A stretch of 64,000 nt of DNA, from NCBI GenBank assembly GCA_964558645.1, contig CAZLEV010000002.1, positions 160,001-224,000 on the forward strand. Direction: 5' to 3'. Below are positions 48,566-59,080 of this stretch, in pieces. Source of the DNA: an uncultured archaeon. GTDB lineage: Archaea; Asgardarchaeota; Thorarchaeia; Thorarchaeales; Thorarchaeaceae. The stretch's first letter is position 1; every line of letters starts with the position of its first letter. The notes under the pieces were generated by a model. That model saw nothing but the letters and a program-made list of their open reading frames with translations. It searched no databases and was not told the DNA's origin. Both the position numbers and the translations under genes were made by a program.

Positions 48566-49999
48566 CTAAGTTCCTCGAGATTTACCTATCCAGACTATGA
48601 CAACTATCGCCACAACAGCAACAACCACAACCAGCCCAATGGTCAAGGGATCAATGGGTAGTGAGGGTGGTTCGGTTGGCGTGTACCCGGATTCGATTGG
48701 AGGTGCCACGACGTCCCGATGGAGGGTCTCAACATGCTTTGCAATGATGAAGCCTTCTGTTTCAGAGCCGGTACGATCGTCTTTCCAAGCCTCTGCGATA
48801 TACATCTCTGCCAGACCCTGGTGGTCTTCTGGTCGAAGGTACGTTGGCCCCTTCGGGCAGTCAATCGTGAGACCGCTCTCGAGATGCGTTATCATGTTCG
48901 CAGTGTTGAGATCAGGAACGGCATTGGTCACATTCACCAAGAACTGAGCGGTGGCAAACGCGCTGGCAGTGAATAGCTCCGGTACACGATAGGGGAGTCC
49001 AAAAGCTCCGTTCGGTTTGATATTCCTGAGTACGTGTTGTTCCACCATCCAGTCATTGACATCATTGTCAGGCAATTCATAACCGTAAACAGAGAGGCCA
49101 GTCGCTCCCTCGTAGGTAGCGGGGGGTGTCAGTGATGCTTCAATTGCGTTCATAGAGAGTATGTCGATACATGCTCCAGAGACCTCCATGTAGGAAGCAA
49201 TGTCGTAGGTCAGCAGATCCGAGTACAATGCCGAAAAGCTCCCTGCCCAGATGATGAAGAGGTAGTCTATTCCAAATGACGCATCAGCCGCCAGAAGGTT
49301 GGTCAAATACGGACCAAAATCGGTAGTCGTGAGGGGTGCGTACTGAATGCTGCTAACAGACCCACCTTTCTCTTCGATCACCGACTTCATCGACTCGACG
49401 CCACTGTATCCAAAGGAGTAGTCAGCAGCTAGGAATCCGAACTTGCTGTGATTGAGTATATCCATAGCATATGTGACGCCTGCATAGGCATCATGCCAGT
49501 TATTACGAGCAAGACGGAAGATATAGGGATTGAAGTTCTCTCCGGTCAGGGAAATATCAGCGGCTGGTGTGATGAAGTACAGCTTCTGATATTCTTCTGC
49601 GAGCGGCGAGATTGCCGCAGCAACGCTGCTATAGGTTCCTCCAACGAGGATATCGATGCCGTCTGTTTCAATGGCAGTCGTCACAAGTGATGCTGCTTCA
49701 GTCACTGAACCCTTCGTATCATAGTACGTGACCTCATAGGGTCGCCCTGCCGCAGTCTTGTTCTCGTTGTCATAACCCATCTCCGTGGTAGCATATATCA
49801 TTCCCAACTCGAAGCCCTGTTTTGTCCATGGTGCATAGAAGGAAAGACCGGCTGTAGTGAAGGGTGCAAAGACCCCAATCTTGATTGGATCTGTGTCTTG
49901 TGCAACAGTTGGTCTTACCATAAATGCGGGTAGAAACACGGACGCTAACAGTAGTATCGAGAGAGAAATGGTAAGCACTCTAATCTTTTTCATGTTCAA
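48566..49999 (-). CDS. LivK-like (PBP type 1) substrate-binding protein with C-terminal membrane anchor
   Basis: IKIGV, ILVGGTYSSVA, NPYIFR, ADYSFG, LRPEDHQ; signal peptide and C-terminal TM. Confidence 0.92.
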   Translation of the reverse strand: MNMKKIRVLTISLSILLLASVFLPAFMVRPTVAQDTDPIKIGVFAPFTTAGLSFYAPWTKQGFELGMIYATTEMGYDNENKTAAGRPYEVTYYDTKGSVTEAASLVTTAIETDGIDILVGGTYSSVAAAISPLAEEYQKLYFITPAADISLTGENFNPYIFRLARNNWHDAYAGVTYAMDILNHSKFGFLAADYSFGYSGVESMKSVIEEKGGSVSSIQYAPLTTTDFGPYLTNLLAADASFGIDYLFIIWAGSFSALYSDLLTYDIASYMEVSGACIDILSMNAIEASLTPPATYEGATGLSVYGYELPDNDVNDWMVEQHVLRNIKPNGAFGLPYRVPELFTASAFATAQFLVNVTNAVPDLNTANMITHLESGLTIDCPKGPTYLRPEDHQGLAEMYIAEAWKDDRTGSETEGFIIAKHVETLHRDVVAPPIESGYTPTEPPSLPIDPLTIGLVVVVAVVAIVVIVWIGKSRGT

Positions 50000-50126
50000 T
50001 TCTCCCAGAGTCCCGGCATGGATAGTTCCATGCCTTTCTGTACATACAAGTCAACCAAGTATATATCTCTTGAGTAGAATGGGGAGGAACAACAGTTTGA
50101 GAGAATTTCTTCTGGATTAGACGAGT

Positions 50127-50921
50127 TCATTCTCGGAGCTTGCGCAAGAAGCCAAGAGTGATGCTATTGAACTCTTCGGGCTGTTCAAATGTAATAGCGT
50201 GGCCCGAGTTTGGCACAATAGTTATCTCTGAGTTGGGTATTCTGTCGTGAATCGTCTTAGAATACGGGTAGGCGGGTTTCAGGATGTCTTGCTCACCAGC
50301 AATGACACAAGTAGGTATATTGATCTCGGGCAGCTGCTCCGTGATATCAAGCTCCAGAAAGGCATCTAGCAATCGTATAAGAGCAGGATAGTTCAAGCCA
50401 GCATAGCGTTCCTTTGCCTTCTCTAGAATGGCCGTCTGTTCGCGGATGAAGGATTCTCCGAAATTCAAGGGCACCGTAGCGTGATAGAAGAGGTCAGGGT
50501 CCTCCAGCACACAGGCATAACGCCACAGCTGACACATCTCACGGAGAAGGGGTCCAATATAGGAAACAGCACTACAGGCAACTAGGCTCTTCACTGTACG
50601 AGGATATTTCAACGCGAAGATCAGACCCAGTTCTGCTCCGTAGCTGATTCCAACATGATGTACCATAGAGATGCCAAGCTCTTCGAGTAGAGCCTTCTGG
50701 TCCTCTGCATGGATATCGAATGAATAGGGCTCTTCTGGCTTGTCGCTCTGTCCTTGTCCACGCATGTCATACAGGATGACCTGGTACTCTTTGGAAAACA
50801 CTGGAAGCTGATTCACCCACCCGAGTGTATTTGAAAAGATACCATTCCCGAAGATGACAGGTTCGCCTTCACCGTGGACTTCATAGTAGATGTGTATTCC
50901 ATTCACCTTGCTTAACGGCAT
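50127..50921 (-). CDS. Alpha/beta hydrolase (enol-lactonase-like)
   Basis: YDMRGQGQS, GISYG, GEQD, SGH. Confidence 0.92.
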   Translation of the reverse strand: MPLSKVNGIHIYYEVHGEGEPVIFGNGIFSNTLGWVNQLPVFSKEYQVILYDMRGQGQSDKPEEPYSFDIHAEDQKALLEELGISMVHHVGISYGAELGLIFALKYPRTVKSLVACSAVSYIGPLLREMCQLWRYACVLEDPDLFYHATVPLNFGESFIREQTAILEKAKERYAGLNYPALIRLLDAFLELDITEQLPEINIPTCVIAGEQDILKPAYPYSKTIHDRIPNSEITIVPNSGHAITFEQPEEFNSITLGFLRKLRE

Positions 50922-50923
50922 AG

Positions 50924-52477
50924 CTACTCCTCCTGGCCGAAATCCTTCCTCAGTTCTCGCTTCAGAATCTTACCCGCACCTGAGATATAGGGGGCGAAAC
51001 TATCCACAAAGACTACTGACTTGGGTATCTTGAATTTTGCGAGTCTTCCTTTGCAGAAGTCGATTATCTCCTCCTCTGTGGCATCCTGTCCGGATTCGAG
51101 GACAACAAGAGCGCGTCCTACTTCACCCCATTTAGCATGGGGAACGCCAATGACCTGCACCTCGGCAATCTTCGGATGCTCTTCCAGAAGTTTCTCAATC
51201 TCTCGAGGATAGACGTTTTCCCCCCCGGAGATGAACATATCCTTCACCCGGTCTACCACGTAGTAGAATCCTTCGTCATCGAAGTAGACCATATCGCCTG
51301 TCCTAAACCATCCGCCTTCATCTAAGAGAGTCTTGTTGAGTTCTGGGCGGTTCCAGTATCCTATAGTGACCGTGGGACCTTTGAATAGAAGTTCACCAAC
51401 CTCGTTTGCGCCACACTCCTTAGCTGTTTCAGGGTCAACTACTTTCGCATCAATGAAGAAGTTGGGGGTTCCAATACTCCCAATCTTCTCCTCAGCATGC
51501 CACGGATCTAGAGCGAAGCAGCCAGGTCCAACCTCAGTCATCCCGAAGCCCTGTTTGAATCTGACTCCGTGTACCTTCTGGTACGTTCTGATGAGGTCAA
51601 GTGGAAGAGGCTCGCCGCCCGATGTCAGAAACCTGACACTGCTGAAGTCAACTGATTCAAAGTCCGGATGGTTCATCAACATTCGATATTGTGTCGGAAC
51701 GGCGAAGAAGAAATTGGGGCGCTCGTTGTTGATGATGTCTATCAGGGCATCTACGTCCCATCGTTCCATCTGTATTACCTTCCCCCCCAGAATAAAGAGC
51801 GGGATTGCGTAGACATACAGTCCTCCGACATGAAAGAGTGGAAGGTGGTTGATGTAGACATCGCCGGGGAGGATGTCGCGGATGGTGTTGAGCGTGTTGA
51901 AGGCAACATGCCTATAGGTGATCATAGCACCTTTCGGCAGGCCTGTGGTCCCGCCTGTATAGACTATTCCCATGGCATCTTCATAAGAGAGGTCCACTGT
52001 TTCAGGAGGACTGGTTGGTGAATCCGTCACGCTTTCTTCATAGCTCAGAGATTCGTTCAGCTCAGATCCAGTTCTGTCTAATGCCACCCAGTGCTCTACG
52101 CTTACCCTGTCTTGTAGAGCGGATACCACTTCGGCCACATTCGAGTCGTGGAACAAGACGGTGGGCGCAAGGTCATCAATTAGGCCTGCTAATTCTCGTG
52201 CCACCAGACGCCAGTTGAGAGGACTGAAGATGCCCCCGCACTTCTGACATCCAAAGAACGCCTCCCAATACTCCAAGCTATTATGTGCGAGGATGCAGAG
52301 CCGATTCCCCTTTTGCAATCCGGTATCTTTTTGCAGGAAATTGGCGACCTGATTCGCTCGCCTGTTGAACTCTCTGTAGGTGTATCTCTTTCCACTGCCA
52401 ATATCAACAATAGCTTCAGCCTCAGGCGAGAAGACTTCTCTTTTGGATAGATAGTCGAACTGATTGGCCATTGACAT
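50924..52477 (-). CDS. Acyl-CoA synthetase (AMP-binding, long-chain/aryl type)
   Basis: YTGGTTGLPKG, GFGMTE, RTGD, SGGENVYP, GKILK. Confidence 0.95.
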   Translation of the reverse strand: MSMANQFDYLSKREVFSPEAEAIVDIGSGKRYTYREFNRRANQVANFLQKDTGLQKGNRLCILAHNSLEYWEAFFGCQKCGGIFSPLNWRLVARELAGLIDDLAPTVLFHDSNVAEVVSALQDRVSVEHWVALDRTGSELNESLSYEESVTDSPTSPPETVDLSYEDAMGIVYTGGTTGLPKGAMITYRHVAFNTLNTIRDILPGDVYINHLPLFHVGGLYVYAIPLFILGGKVIQMERWDVDALIDIINNERPNFFFAVPTQYRMLMNHPDFESVDFSSVRFLTSGGEPLPLDLIRTYQKVHGVRFKQGFGMTEVGPGCFALDPWHAEEKIGSIGTPNFFIDAKVVDPETAKECGANEVGELLFKGPTVTIGYWNRPELNKTLLDEGGWFRTGDMVYFDDEGFYYVVDRVKDMFISGGENVYPREIEKLLEEHPKIAEVQVIGVPHAKWGEVGRALVVLESGQDATEEEIIDFCKGRLAKFKIPKSVVFVDSFAPYISGAGKILKRELRKDFGQEE

Positions 52478-52556
52478 CCCTTCGAGAGAGATTTAGTTTT
52501 CGACGTAATGATACAATCTCTCCATGTACTCAATGACCAAAGGGGCTGAAAACTCT

Positions 52557-53576
52557 TTACCACCATCTCAGAACAGCAGCCGCCATGTTGAATCCGCCAC
52601 CGGATGAACAGAGCGCAATATACTCACCGTTACCCTGACCAGGAGTGGGAAGTTTTCCTTGGTCAACAGCATCGTACATGGCCAAAGCTACACACGCCGA
52701 ACCAGTATAACCCCATTTGTCCATGACCGTGTGAGTCTTTTCAATGGGAGCACCCAGTTCCTCCATGACAGCCTCTATGGTTCGAAGATTTATCTGGGTG
52801 AAGAAGAACCAGTCAATATCATCAATGGACAGGTTCGCCTTTGAAACGCAATCCCTCGTCAGCTGCGGCCAGTGTTCAAGGTTCGTGTCTGCTGGAAAAC
52901 GTTTACGGAACGCAAGATGGTGTCGATGGTTTTGGATGGCTTCAATCGTGGGCGGTTCTGCAGTGCCCCCCACAAAGACACCGACATGGTCATAGTAGGA
53001 ACCGTCTGCAATCAGTTTGGAGGTAATGATTCCTTCCAGATCGGCACTAGATTGGAGTACTACTGCTCCAGCACCGTCGGCAAACATTGTGCAGGTGTAA
53101 TGGTCGGTCCAGTCAACGAACTTGGTCATACCATATGCTCCAACAACGAGAACTGAGTCGATGGTTGAATCAGTCTGTATGTATCGGGAGCCGATATCCA
53201 AAGAAGTGACAAACCCTGCACAGGCACAGTTGACATCAAAGGTTCCAGCGTTCTTGGCCCCAAGCTTGTACTGTAGAACTACGGAAGTTGCGGGAGAGAT
53301 ATAGTCCGGGGTGTCGGTGCCAAGGACAATAAGATCGAGATCCGCTGGGTCAAGTCCCGCATTCTTCACTGCTTGCTGACTTGCATGAAGCGCAAGATCA
53401 GAAGTGGTCTCATCCTCCGCCATGACTCGACGTTCTTCGATTCCGACATTCTCTACGAGCCAATCGGCTGTCCCGGGGCGTTTAAGCATCTGCTCTATCT
53501 CTTCGTTGGTCACAACTTTTTCAGGAACATACATTCCCAGCCCCTTGATCAATGCTGAACGAACCATCAATAACAT
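52557..53576 (-). CDS. FabH/KAS III-fold enzyme with non-canonical active site
   Basis: GIEERR and NCACAGF (catalytic Cys), but FTQIN and WGYTGSA replace PHQAN and GNTSAA. Confidence 0.9.
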   Translation of the reverse strand: MLLMVRSALIKGLGMYVPEKVVTNEEIEQMLKRPGTADWLVENVGIEERRVMAEDETTSDLALHASQQAVKNAGLDPADLDLIVLGTDTPDYISPATSVVLQYKLGAKNAGTFDVNCACAGFVTSLDIGSRYIQTDSTIDSVLVVGAYGMTKFVDWTDHYTCTMFADGAGAVVLQSSADLEGIITSKLIADGSYYDHVGVFVGGTAEPPTIEAIQNHRHHLAFRKRFPADTNLEHWPQLTRDCVSKANLSIDDIDWFFFTQINLRTIEAVMEELGAPIEKTHTVMDKWGYTGSACVALAMYDAVDQGKLPTPGQGNGEYIALCSSGGGFNMAAAVLRWW

Positions 53577-53646
53577 CCTCAGTGTTCTTTTGCGTCACGT
53601 CCTATCTACAGATTGTATGCTTCATCTTAGTGAACACCTCTCATGG

Positions 53647-54528
53647 CTAGACCGTCTTCCTCTTGGGCTTCGGGGAAAAAGACCCGTCTTCCACTTCATC
53701 TAGGAAAGTTAGCACCTCTTCATTGAACTTTCCATGGTACTCGATGAAGCTCAAGTGCGGTCCGCCCTCTATGAGCACCAATCGTGAGTTTGGAATGCTA
53801 TCGGCCAGCAGCTCGGCGTTCTCTGGAGGTACTATAAGGTCACGCTCTCCGTGCAAGATAAGCGTGGGACAGGACAAGCCCTTCACTTCCGATTCGACAT
53901 CAAAGTCTATTGTTGCAGAGGCTTGATGTCCTCGGGCGAAGAGAGGTTGAGGGTACTGCTCTCGCCATTCCATAACCTGGTCTATGAGCGATGTGTTTTC
54001 TTTGAAGAATCCGGGACTGAAGGAAACACTGTAGCGCATCTCGGTGGCCTGCTGTTCTGAGATGGTTTCAGTGGGACTCGCAAACATCATGGCCTTCGTC
54101 TTGTCATCAGCAACAACAGAGTTAGGCCCGCCGAAAGTGGTGGATGCAAGAATCAGACTGCGAACTCTCTCGGGATAGGATATGGCAATCTGTTGTGCAA
54201 TGAATCCACCCATAGATATGCCCAAGATATGGGCCCGTGAGATGTCTAATGCATCCATCAGACCAACGGTATCATCGGCAAACATATCCATTGTATAGGG
54301 ATAGTTAGGTATGGAACTTCTTCCAACCCCTCGATTGTCGAAGATGATACACCGGAATCTCTCTTTGAAGACAGGGATTTGTCGAAACCACATCCATAGG
54401 GAAAACCCCCATCCCTCGATACAGACGAGTGGTGGGGCATCAGACGGACCATGAATCTCATAGTAGATATCTATGTCACCTACAGTTTCATACGGCAAAA
54501 CAATCACCCACTTTTGGTTCAACTCCAT
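53647..54528 (-). CDS. Alpha/beta hydrolase
   Basis: FDNRGVGRS, GISMGG, HGERD, GPH; start may be the TTG at 54498. Confidence 0.92.
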   Translation of the reverse strand: MELNQKWVIVLPYETVGDIDIYYEIHGPSDAPPLVCIEGWGFSLWMWFRQIPVFKERFRCIIFDNRGVGRSSIPNYPYTMDMFADDTVGLMDALDISRAHILGISMGGFIAQQIAISYPERVRSLILASTTFGGPNSVVADDKTKAMMFASPTETISEQQATEMRYSVSFSPGFFKENTSLIDQVMEWREQYPQPLFARGHQASATIDFDVESEVKGLSCPTLILHGERDLIVPPENAELLADSIPNSRLVLIEGGPHLSFIEYHGKFNEEVLTFLDEVEDGSFSPKPKRKTV

Positions 54529-54543
54529 TTCTTTGCTTCTGCT

Positions 54544-56151
54544 TCAAAGACTGAGTATCAGCATTGACAAGATCAGACCTATCACTCCTAGAAACGCGAA
54601 TACCCAGTAGTCAACCTCCTTTATTCCAAACCTGAATCGGCCCACCTCCAGTCGTGCTAGTTTCTCCTTGAGAGAGCGGGCCTTGCTCCGGATAGTCCCT
54701 ATGATGCCCAGAGGCATGAACAACACGATGAAGACATATATAACACCCAGAGCAACGAGCCACAGCTCGCCAGGTAGGTTCAAGACTTCGGTCACGAACT
54801 CGACAAGGTTCATCTCCGAATACACAACAACTCCGGCACCAAGCAGCGGACCCAGCAACGTGCCAAGTCCACCGATGATGGCATACAACATGGCGTTTAT
54901 TGATACCTCAACCCCGAGAGCAGTCACTGGATCAATGGTTCTGATAAAGGGGGCATAGAGTCCCCCTGCAAGGCCTGCGATTGCACCGCTGATGACCACC
55001 ACGACAATCTTGCAGTGGTAGCTGTTGTAGCCCAGCGCCTCAGCACGTTCCTCATTCTGAGCCACAGCGACCACCATCCGGCCAAATGGTGAGGCAACAA
55101 GACGTCTCACAAAGAGGTAGGTGACTACGAGACAGGTCAGTACGAGGTAATACTGTATTGGAATGGTGAAATAGAAAGTATCCGTCTGCTCAAGCCATAT
55201 CGATATCATCTGAAGAATGTTGGTGCCGAAGGCAACAGACAGCCCTATGAGGGCAACTATCACGATACTGAGAGGCAGGATAAGATCAGCGAGTCTGTTT
55301 GTGGCTCCTGTTTCTCCAGATTGTGACTGCATCTTCTCAACGTACTGAAGCGGGTCAGATATAGCTCTTTTACGTTCCATCAAGTACAGGAACACCATGC
55401 CAAGAAACGCCACCATCATCAATATCGGTCCAAAGATATTGGCTCCAAGAGCGAGCAGGAGTCCTACAAAGGCTATCATGGCAGGCGTGAAGAGAATCAG
55501 ACTGATAGAGCCTCTTCGTTCCTTGATGTACAAGATGATTGTCCCAATGAAAGCAGCAAGAACAGTGAATGCAAGAATGACAAAAAGCATGTAGAACGGC
55601 GCGTTTCTTAATAGGGCTGGCGAGGGCACCCTTAGTCCTGTTTCTCCCCCAGAGATATCAGGGGACACTGCAAAGAAGTTGTAGAGAAACATTGCAATCG
55701 CCAAGGCAATGAAAGCAAATGCTGTACCTTTCATACGACTTGTTGTCAACCCCATTATGAATCCCACACCGGCGCCGGCCAACATCGCAAGCAAGATAGT
55801 CAGGGGGTAGGGAACAACCGCTATGAGATTGAACGGAAACGGGAGAACAGCGGGGGTAAGTGTGAATGCCATGACATAGGCAGCCGTGCCGAAAAGGGCA
55901 ACTTGACCGAAATTGAGAAGGGCAGCTCGTCCCAGTTGCAGGTCGAAGGACATCGCAAGAAGGCCGAATATCATTATCTTCGTCAAGAGGAAGAGCAGGG
56001 CTCTCATGGGAGATGTCCCTGCAGTTGTAGTCAGAGGGAGTAGATAGAAGAATGCAATGACGGCCAACAGCATTCTATTCCGCGATAGTATTGAGGGGAT
56101 ACTTCGGATCGTGTCCTTCACTTTTTTCTCTAGAATGCCTCCACTGCTCAT
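54544..56151 (-). CDS. livM: Branched-chain amino-acid-type ABC permease LivM (with extra TM insert)
   Basis: LLNFGQVALFG, GGETG, SPFGR..AVAQNEERAEALG, IIGGLGTLLGPLLGA, MPLGIIG. Confidence 0.9.
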   Translation of the reverse strand: MSSGGILEKKVKDTIRSIPSILSRNRMLLAVIAFFYLLPLTTTAGTSPMRALLFLLTKIMIFGLLAMSFDLQLGRAALLNFGQVALFGTAAYVMAFTLTPAVLPFPFNLIAVVPYPLTILLAMLAGAGVGFIMGLTTSRMKGTAFAFIALAIAMFLYNFFAVSPDISGGETGLRVPSPALLRNAPFYMLFVILAFTVLAAFIGTIILYIKERRGSISLILFTPAMIAFVGLLLALGANIFGPILMMVAFLGMVFLYLMERKRAISDPLQYVEKMQSQSGETGATNRLADLILPLSIVIVALIGLSVAFGTNILQMISIWLEQTDTFYFTIPIQYYLVLTCLVVTYLFVRRLVASPFGRMVVAVAQNEERAEALGYNSYHCKIVVVVISGAIAGLAGGLYAPFIRTIDPVTALGVEVSINAMLYAIIGGLGTLLGPLLGAGVVVYSEMNLVEFVTEVLNLPGELWLVALGVIYVFIVLFMPLGIIGTIRSKARSLKEKLARLEVGRFRFGIKEVDYWVFAFLGVIGLILSMLILSL

Positions 56152-57263
56152 GTCCCAGTCAGTCCTCCTGGTTTTACAATAAGAACAACTGCCATAATGA
56201 TGAAAACGATGATGTTCTGAAGCACTGGCACGAAATAGGCGGTGAACTGCATCGAAAGACCCACTATGAGTGCTCCAAAGAAAGTGCCTTCAAAGCGACC
56301 GTAATGAGCTCCTCCAACGACCACTATGACAAAAGCGAATATGAGATATGTGAGGCCGTGGCCGGTATTTGCCCCAATCCAAGGCACCAAAACTGCACCG
56401 GAGAACCCTGCAAGACCTGCACCGAGTATGAACACAAGAGTTAGCAGTCTCTTGATGTCAGTCCCAAGCAACTCGACCATCTCTGAGTCCTCTATTCCTG
56501 CCTGAATCTGAAGACCAATCCTCGTCTTTCGGAAGGCAACAAACATTGCACCTGCGACTGCCAGTCCGAGAAATATCAAGAAGACCCGGTAGATTTCAAA
56601 CTTGAGGGCACCGCCGAAATCGATAATGCCACTGATGAAGAAATAATTGATCTGCGAACTGGGAGCAATGAAGTATGTTAGCACCGAGCTACCCCAGATG
56701 ATCTCGCCAACCTGCATGATTATGAACATGAAACCAACTGTAAGTAGTATCTGGGCAATGGGATTGCCGTAGAGCCTTCGGATTGTGAAATACTCAATCC
56801 CTCCACCTATGAGGGCCAGAACTGCGGTTGCTCCAAGAGCACCCACTATGAAGCATATGACTGAGAGAACAAACGGATTAGATGCAAAGGTTCCGTAGAA
56901 TGGTAGAGTCGGGTCAAGCAGAAGAGCCTCGGTCCCCAGATAGATTTCATACCCCATGAAGCCACCCAGCATGAAGAATGCACCGTGAGCGAAGTTGATC
57001 ACATCACACAGACCGAATATCAAGAAGAAGCCGGACACAATCAAGAAGAGGAGCATACTGAGCGCAAGGCCATCGACCAATGACTTGCTGGCTCTCACGA
57101 CGAACTCGTCCCATGAGTAATAGCTAATCCCGGCAATAACCAGTAGAACCCCTATCGCAAACGTCGTTAACACCATGGTAATCCTCAAGATAGTACGCGC
57201 CTGTGGGTTCCTTTCCAGATAGTCCTTCATTGAGAAAATCATCGACTGTATTTGTGACATCAC
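56148..57263 (-). CDS. livH: Branched-chain amino-acid-type ABC permease LivH
   Basis: VINFAHGAFFMLG, TRIG, FVIVVVGG, KPGGL. Confidence 0.92.
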   Translation of the reverse strand: MMSQIQSMIFSMKDYLERNPQARTILRITMVLTTFAIGVLLVIAGISYYSWDEFVVRASKSLVDGLALSMLLFLIVSGFFLIFGLCDVINFAHGAFFMLGGFMGYEIYLGTEALLLDPTLPFYGTFASNPFVLSVICFIVGALGATAVLALIGGGIEYFTIRRLYGNPIAQILLTVGFMFIIMQVGEIIWGSSVLTYFIAPSSQINYFFISGIIDFGGALKFEIYRVFLIFLGLAVAGAMFVAFRKTRIGLQIQAGIEDSEMVELLGTDIKRLLTLVFILGAGLAGFSGAVLVPWIGANTGHGLTYLIFAFVIVVVGGAHYGRFEGTFFGALIVGLSMQFTAYFVPVLQNIIVFIIMAVVLIVKPGGLTGT

Positions 57264-57982
57264 TATATGCTAACCCCCAGATATTGTGAAACAAGTCGCT
57301 TATCGGTTACCAGCTCTCTCATGTTGTTTCCTTCATGAACTATCTTCCCGTTGTCGAAGATGTAGTAGTTGTCACCAAGCTTTGACACAGTTCTGAAATT
57401 CTGCTCCACCAAGAGGATAGTTGCAAACTCCTTCAGACGCTCAAGAGCTTCAATGAGGTTCTTTGCCAAGATGGGACTCAGACCCTCAGTTGGTTCGTCT
57501 ATGAGTAACAAGTCATTGTCATTCATCAACGCGCGTGCCACGGCAAGCATCTGCTGTTGCCCCCCTGAGAGAGTCCCAGCTCTCTGCTTGAAGGCTCGTT
57601 TCATGTCAGGAAATAGGTCGAAGATGAACTCTAGTCGCTCCTCCATCTTTCCTCCGAGGCCACCTTTCCGGACTGATACAATCAGGTTCTGTTCAACTGT
57701 CAAAGATCCGAATATCCTTCTGGTATCAGGAACATAGCCGATGCCTCTGCGGACTATTTCGTGGGGAGATAGTTTTGATATCTCTTCATCTTTGAAGAAG
57801 ATCTTACCTTCTCGAGGGGGGTAGAGGCCAAGTATCGCTTTCATGGTTGTCGTCTTGCCGGACCCATTACGCCCCAGTAATAGAGTGACTTCTCCCTTGG
57901 GTACAACGAGCGAAATACCTTGTAGAATATAGAACGACCCGATGTATACGTGAGCATCTTGTATCTCAAGCAAGTTCTTCAT
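57263..57982 (-). CDS. livF: ABC ATPase LivF
   Basis: GRNGSGKT, LSGGQQQML, IDEPTEGL, VEQN; likely start MKNLLEI. Confidence 0.93.
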   Translation of the reverse strand: MKNLLEIQDAHVYIGSFYILQGISLVVPKGEVTLLLGRNGSGKTTTMKAILGLYPPREGKIFFKDEEISKLSPHEIVRRGIGYVPDTRRIFGSLTVEQNLIVSVRKGGLGGKMEERLEFIFDLFPDMKRAFKQRAGTLSGGQQQMLAVARALMNDNDLLLIDEPTEGLSPILAKNLIEALERLKEFATILLVEQNFRTVSKLGDNYYIFDNGKIVHEGNNMRELVTDKRLVSQYLGVSI

Positions 57983-58760
57983 CTGTACCACCTAGATAAG
58001 CAGTCAATACGCGTTCATCTTTCCGAATCTCTGCAGGAGGACCCTTCGCAATTATTCGTCCCTCTGAGAGAACAAAGATCTCCTCACTGAGTCTCATCAC
58101 GATGTCCATCTTGTGCTCCACCACCAATAGTGTTAGTTTATCTCCATAGGACTCCTTCACTCGCAAGATGGCATCAATCACATCTGGTATCTCTTCAATG
58201 GCCATTCCAGCTGCTGGTTCGTCAAGCAGCAGGAGTTTTGGCTCTGTGGCAAGAGCCATTGCAATCTCCAGCTTCCTCTGTTCGGCATGTGGAATCAGAG
58301 CTGCCGGGACATAGAGCCTCGAAGGATCTAATCCGACAATGGTTGCTATGTCAATCACCTTATCGTGGAATTCGTTAAACGAGCCCGCCTTCTTCAGCAT
58401 CCCCAGAAAATTCACTTTTGCTCCACTGCAGCCCTGAGCTGCCAACCTGATGTTTTCGAAGGTCGTCTGATAGGGAAAGATGTTGGTAATCTGATATGAT
58501 CTTGATATGCCCTTCCGTGTACGTTGATTCATCGACAGACGAGTGATATCTTCGCCTTCGAAGTAGATTCTCCCAGATGAGGGCGGAAGTGCTCCTGTGA
58601 CGAGATTGAAGATTGTGGTCTTTCCAGAACCGTTGGGACCAATGATTGCCTTTATTGAACCTCGTTCGATGTCAAGGCTGACATCTTTGACTGCAACCAG
58701 TCCGCCGAAGCTCTTGGTCAGCTCGCTCGTGCTAAGGATGAACTCGTTAGTTGAGGACAA
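57966..58760 (-). CDS. livG: ABC ATPase LivG
   Basis: FGGLVAV, GPNGSGKT, LDEPAAG, VEHKM, AYLG; likely TTG start at 58760 (ORF extends to 58850). Confidence 0.93.
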   Translation of the reverse strand: MSSTNEFILSTSELTKSFGGLVAVKDVSLDIERGSIKAIIGPNGSGKTTIFNLVTGALPPSSGRIYFEGEDITRLSMNQRTRKGISRSYQITNIFPYQTTFENIRLAAQGCSGAKVNFLGMLKKAGSFNEFHDKVIDIATIVGLDPSRLYVPAALIPHAEQRKLEIAMALATEPKLLLLDEPAAGMAIEEIPDVIDAILRVKESYGDKLTLLVVEHKMDIVMRLSEEIFVLSEGRIIAKGPPAEIRKDERVLTAYLGGTDEELA

Positions 58761-59080
58761 TACGGTCTTCTCCTGAACCGATGTGACATAGCTGAAGACG
58801 GTTATTGTCGGCCTAGTTCCTTTCGGAGGATAATATACCTTTTGGAACAAATCGACATATGGTTGGATTGTTTTGCTTTGTATTCTGGATGCTACTTGCC
58901 CAAAACTTGTTTCATATCATATCCCTCGCGGGTATCTAGACTCTGCGCCAACGCAAGATAAGAACTCAGAGTTTATAATCTTGAGAAGCAGGCCGCAATA
59001 ACTACGCAGCTAGAAGATTCCAAGTCCATCACCAATATACGGAAACTGCAGAATACCTTGACGGTTATTGAAGATGTATT

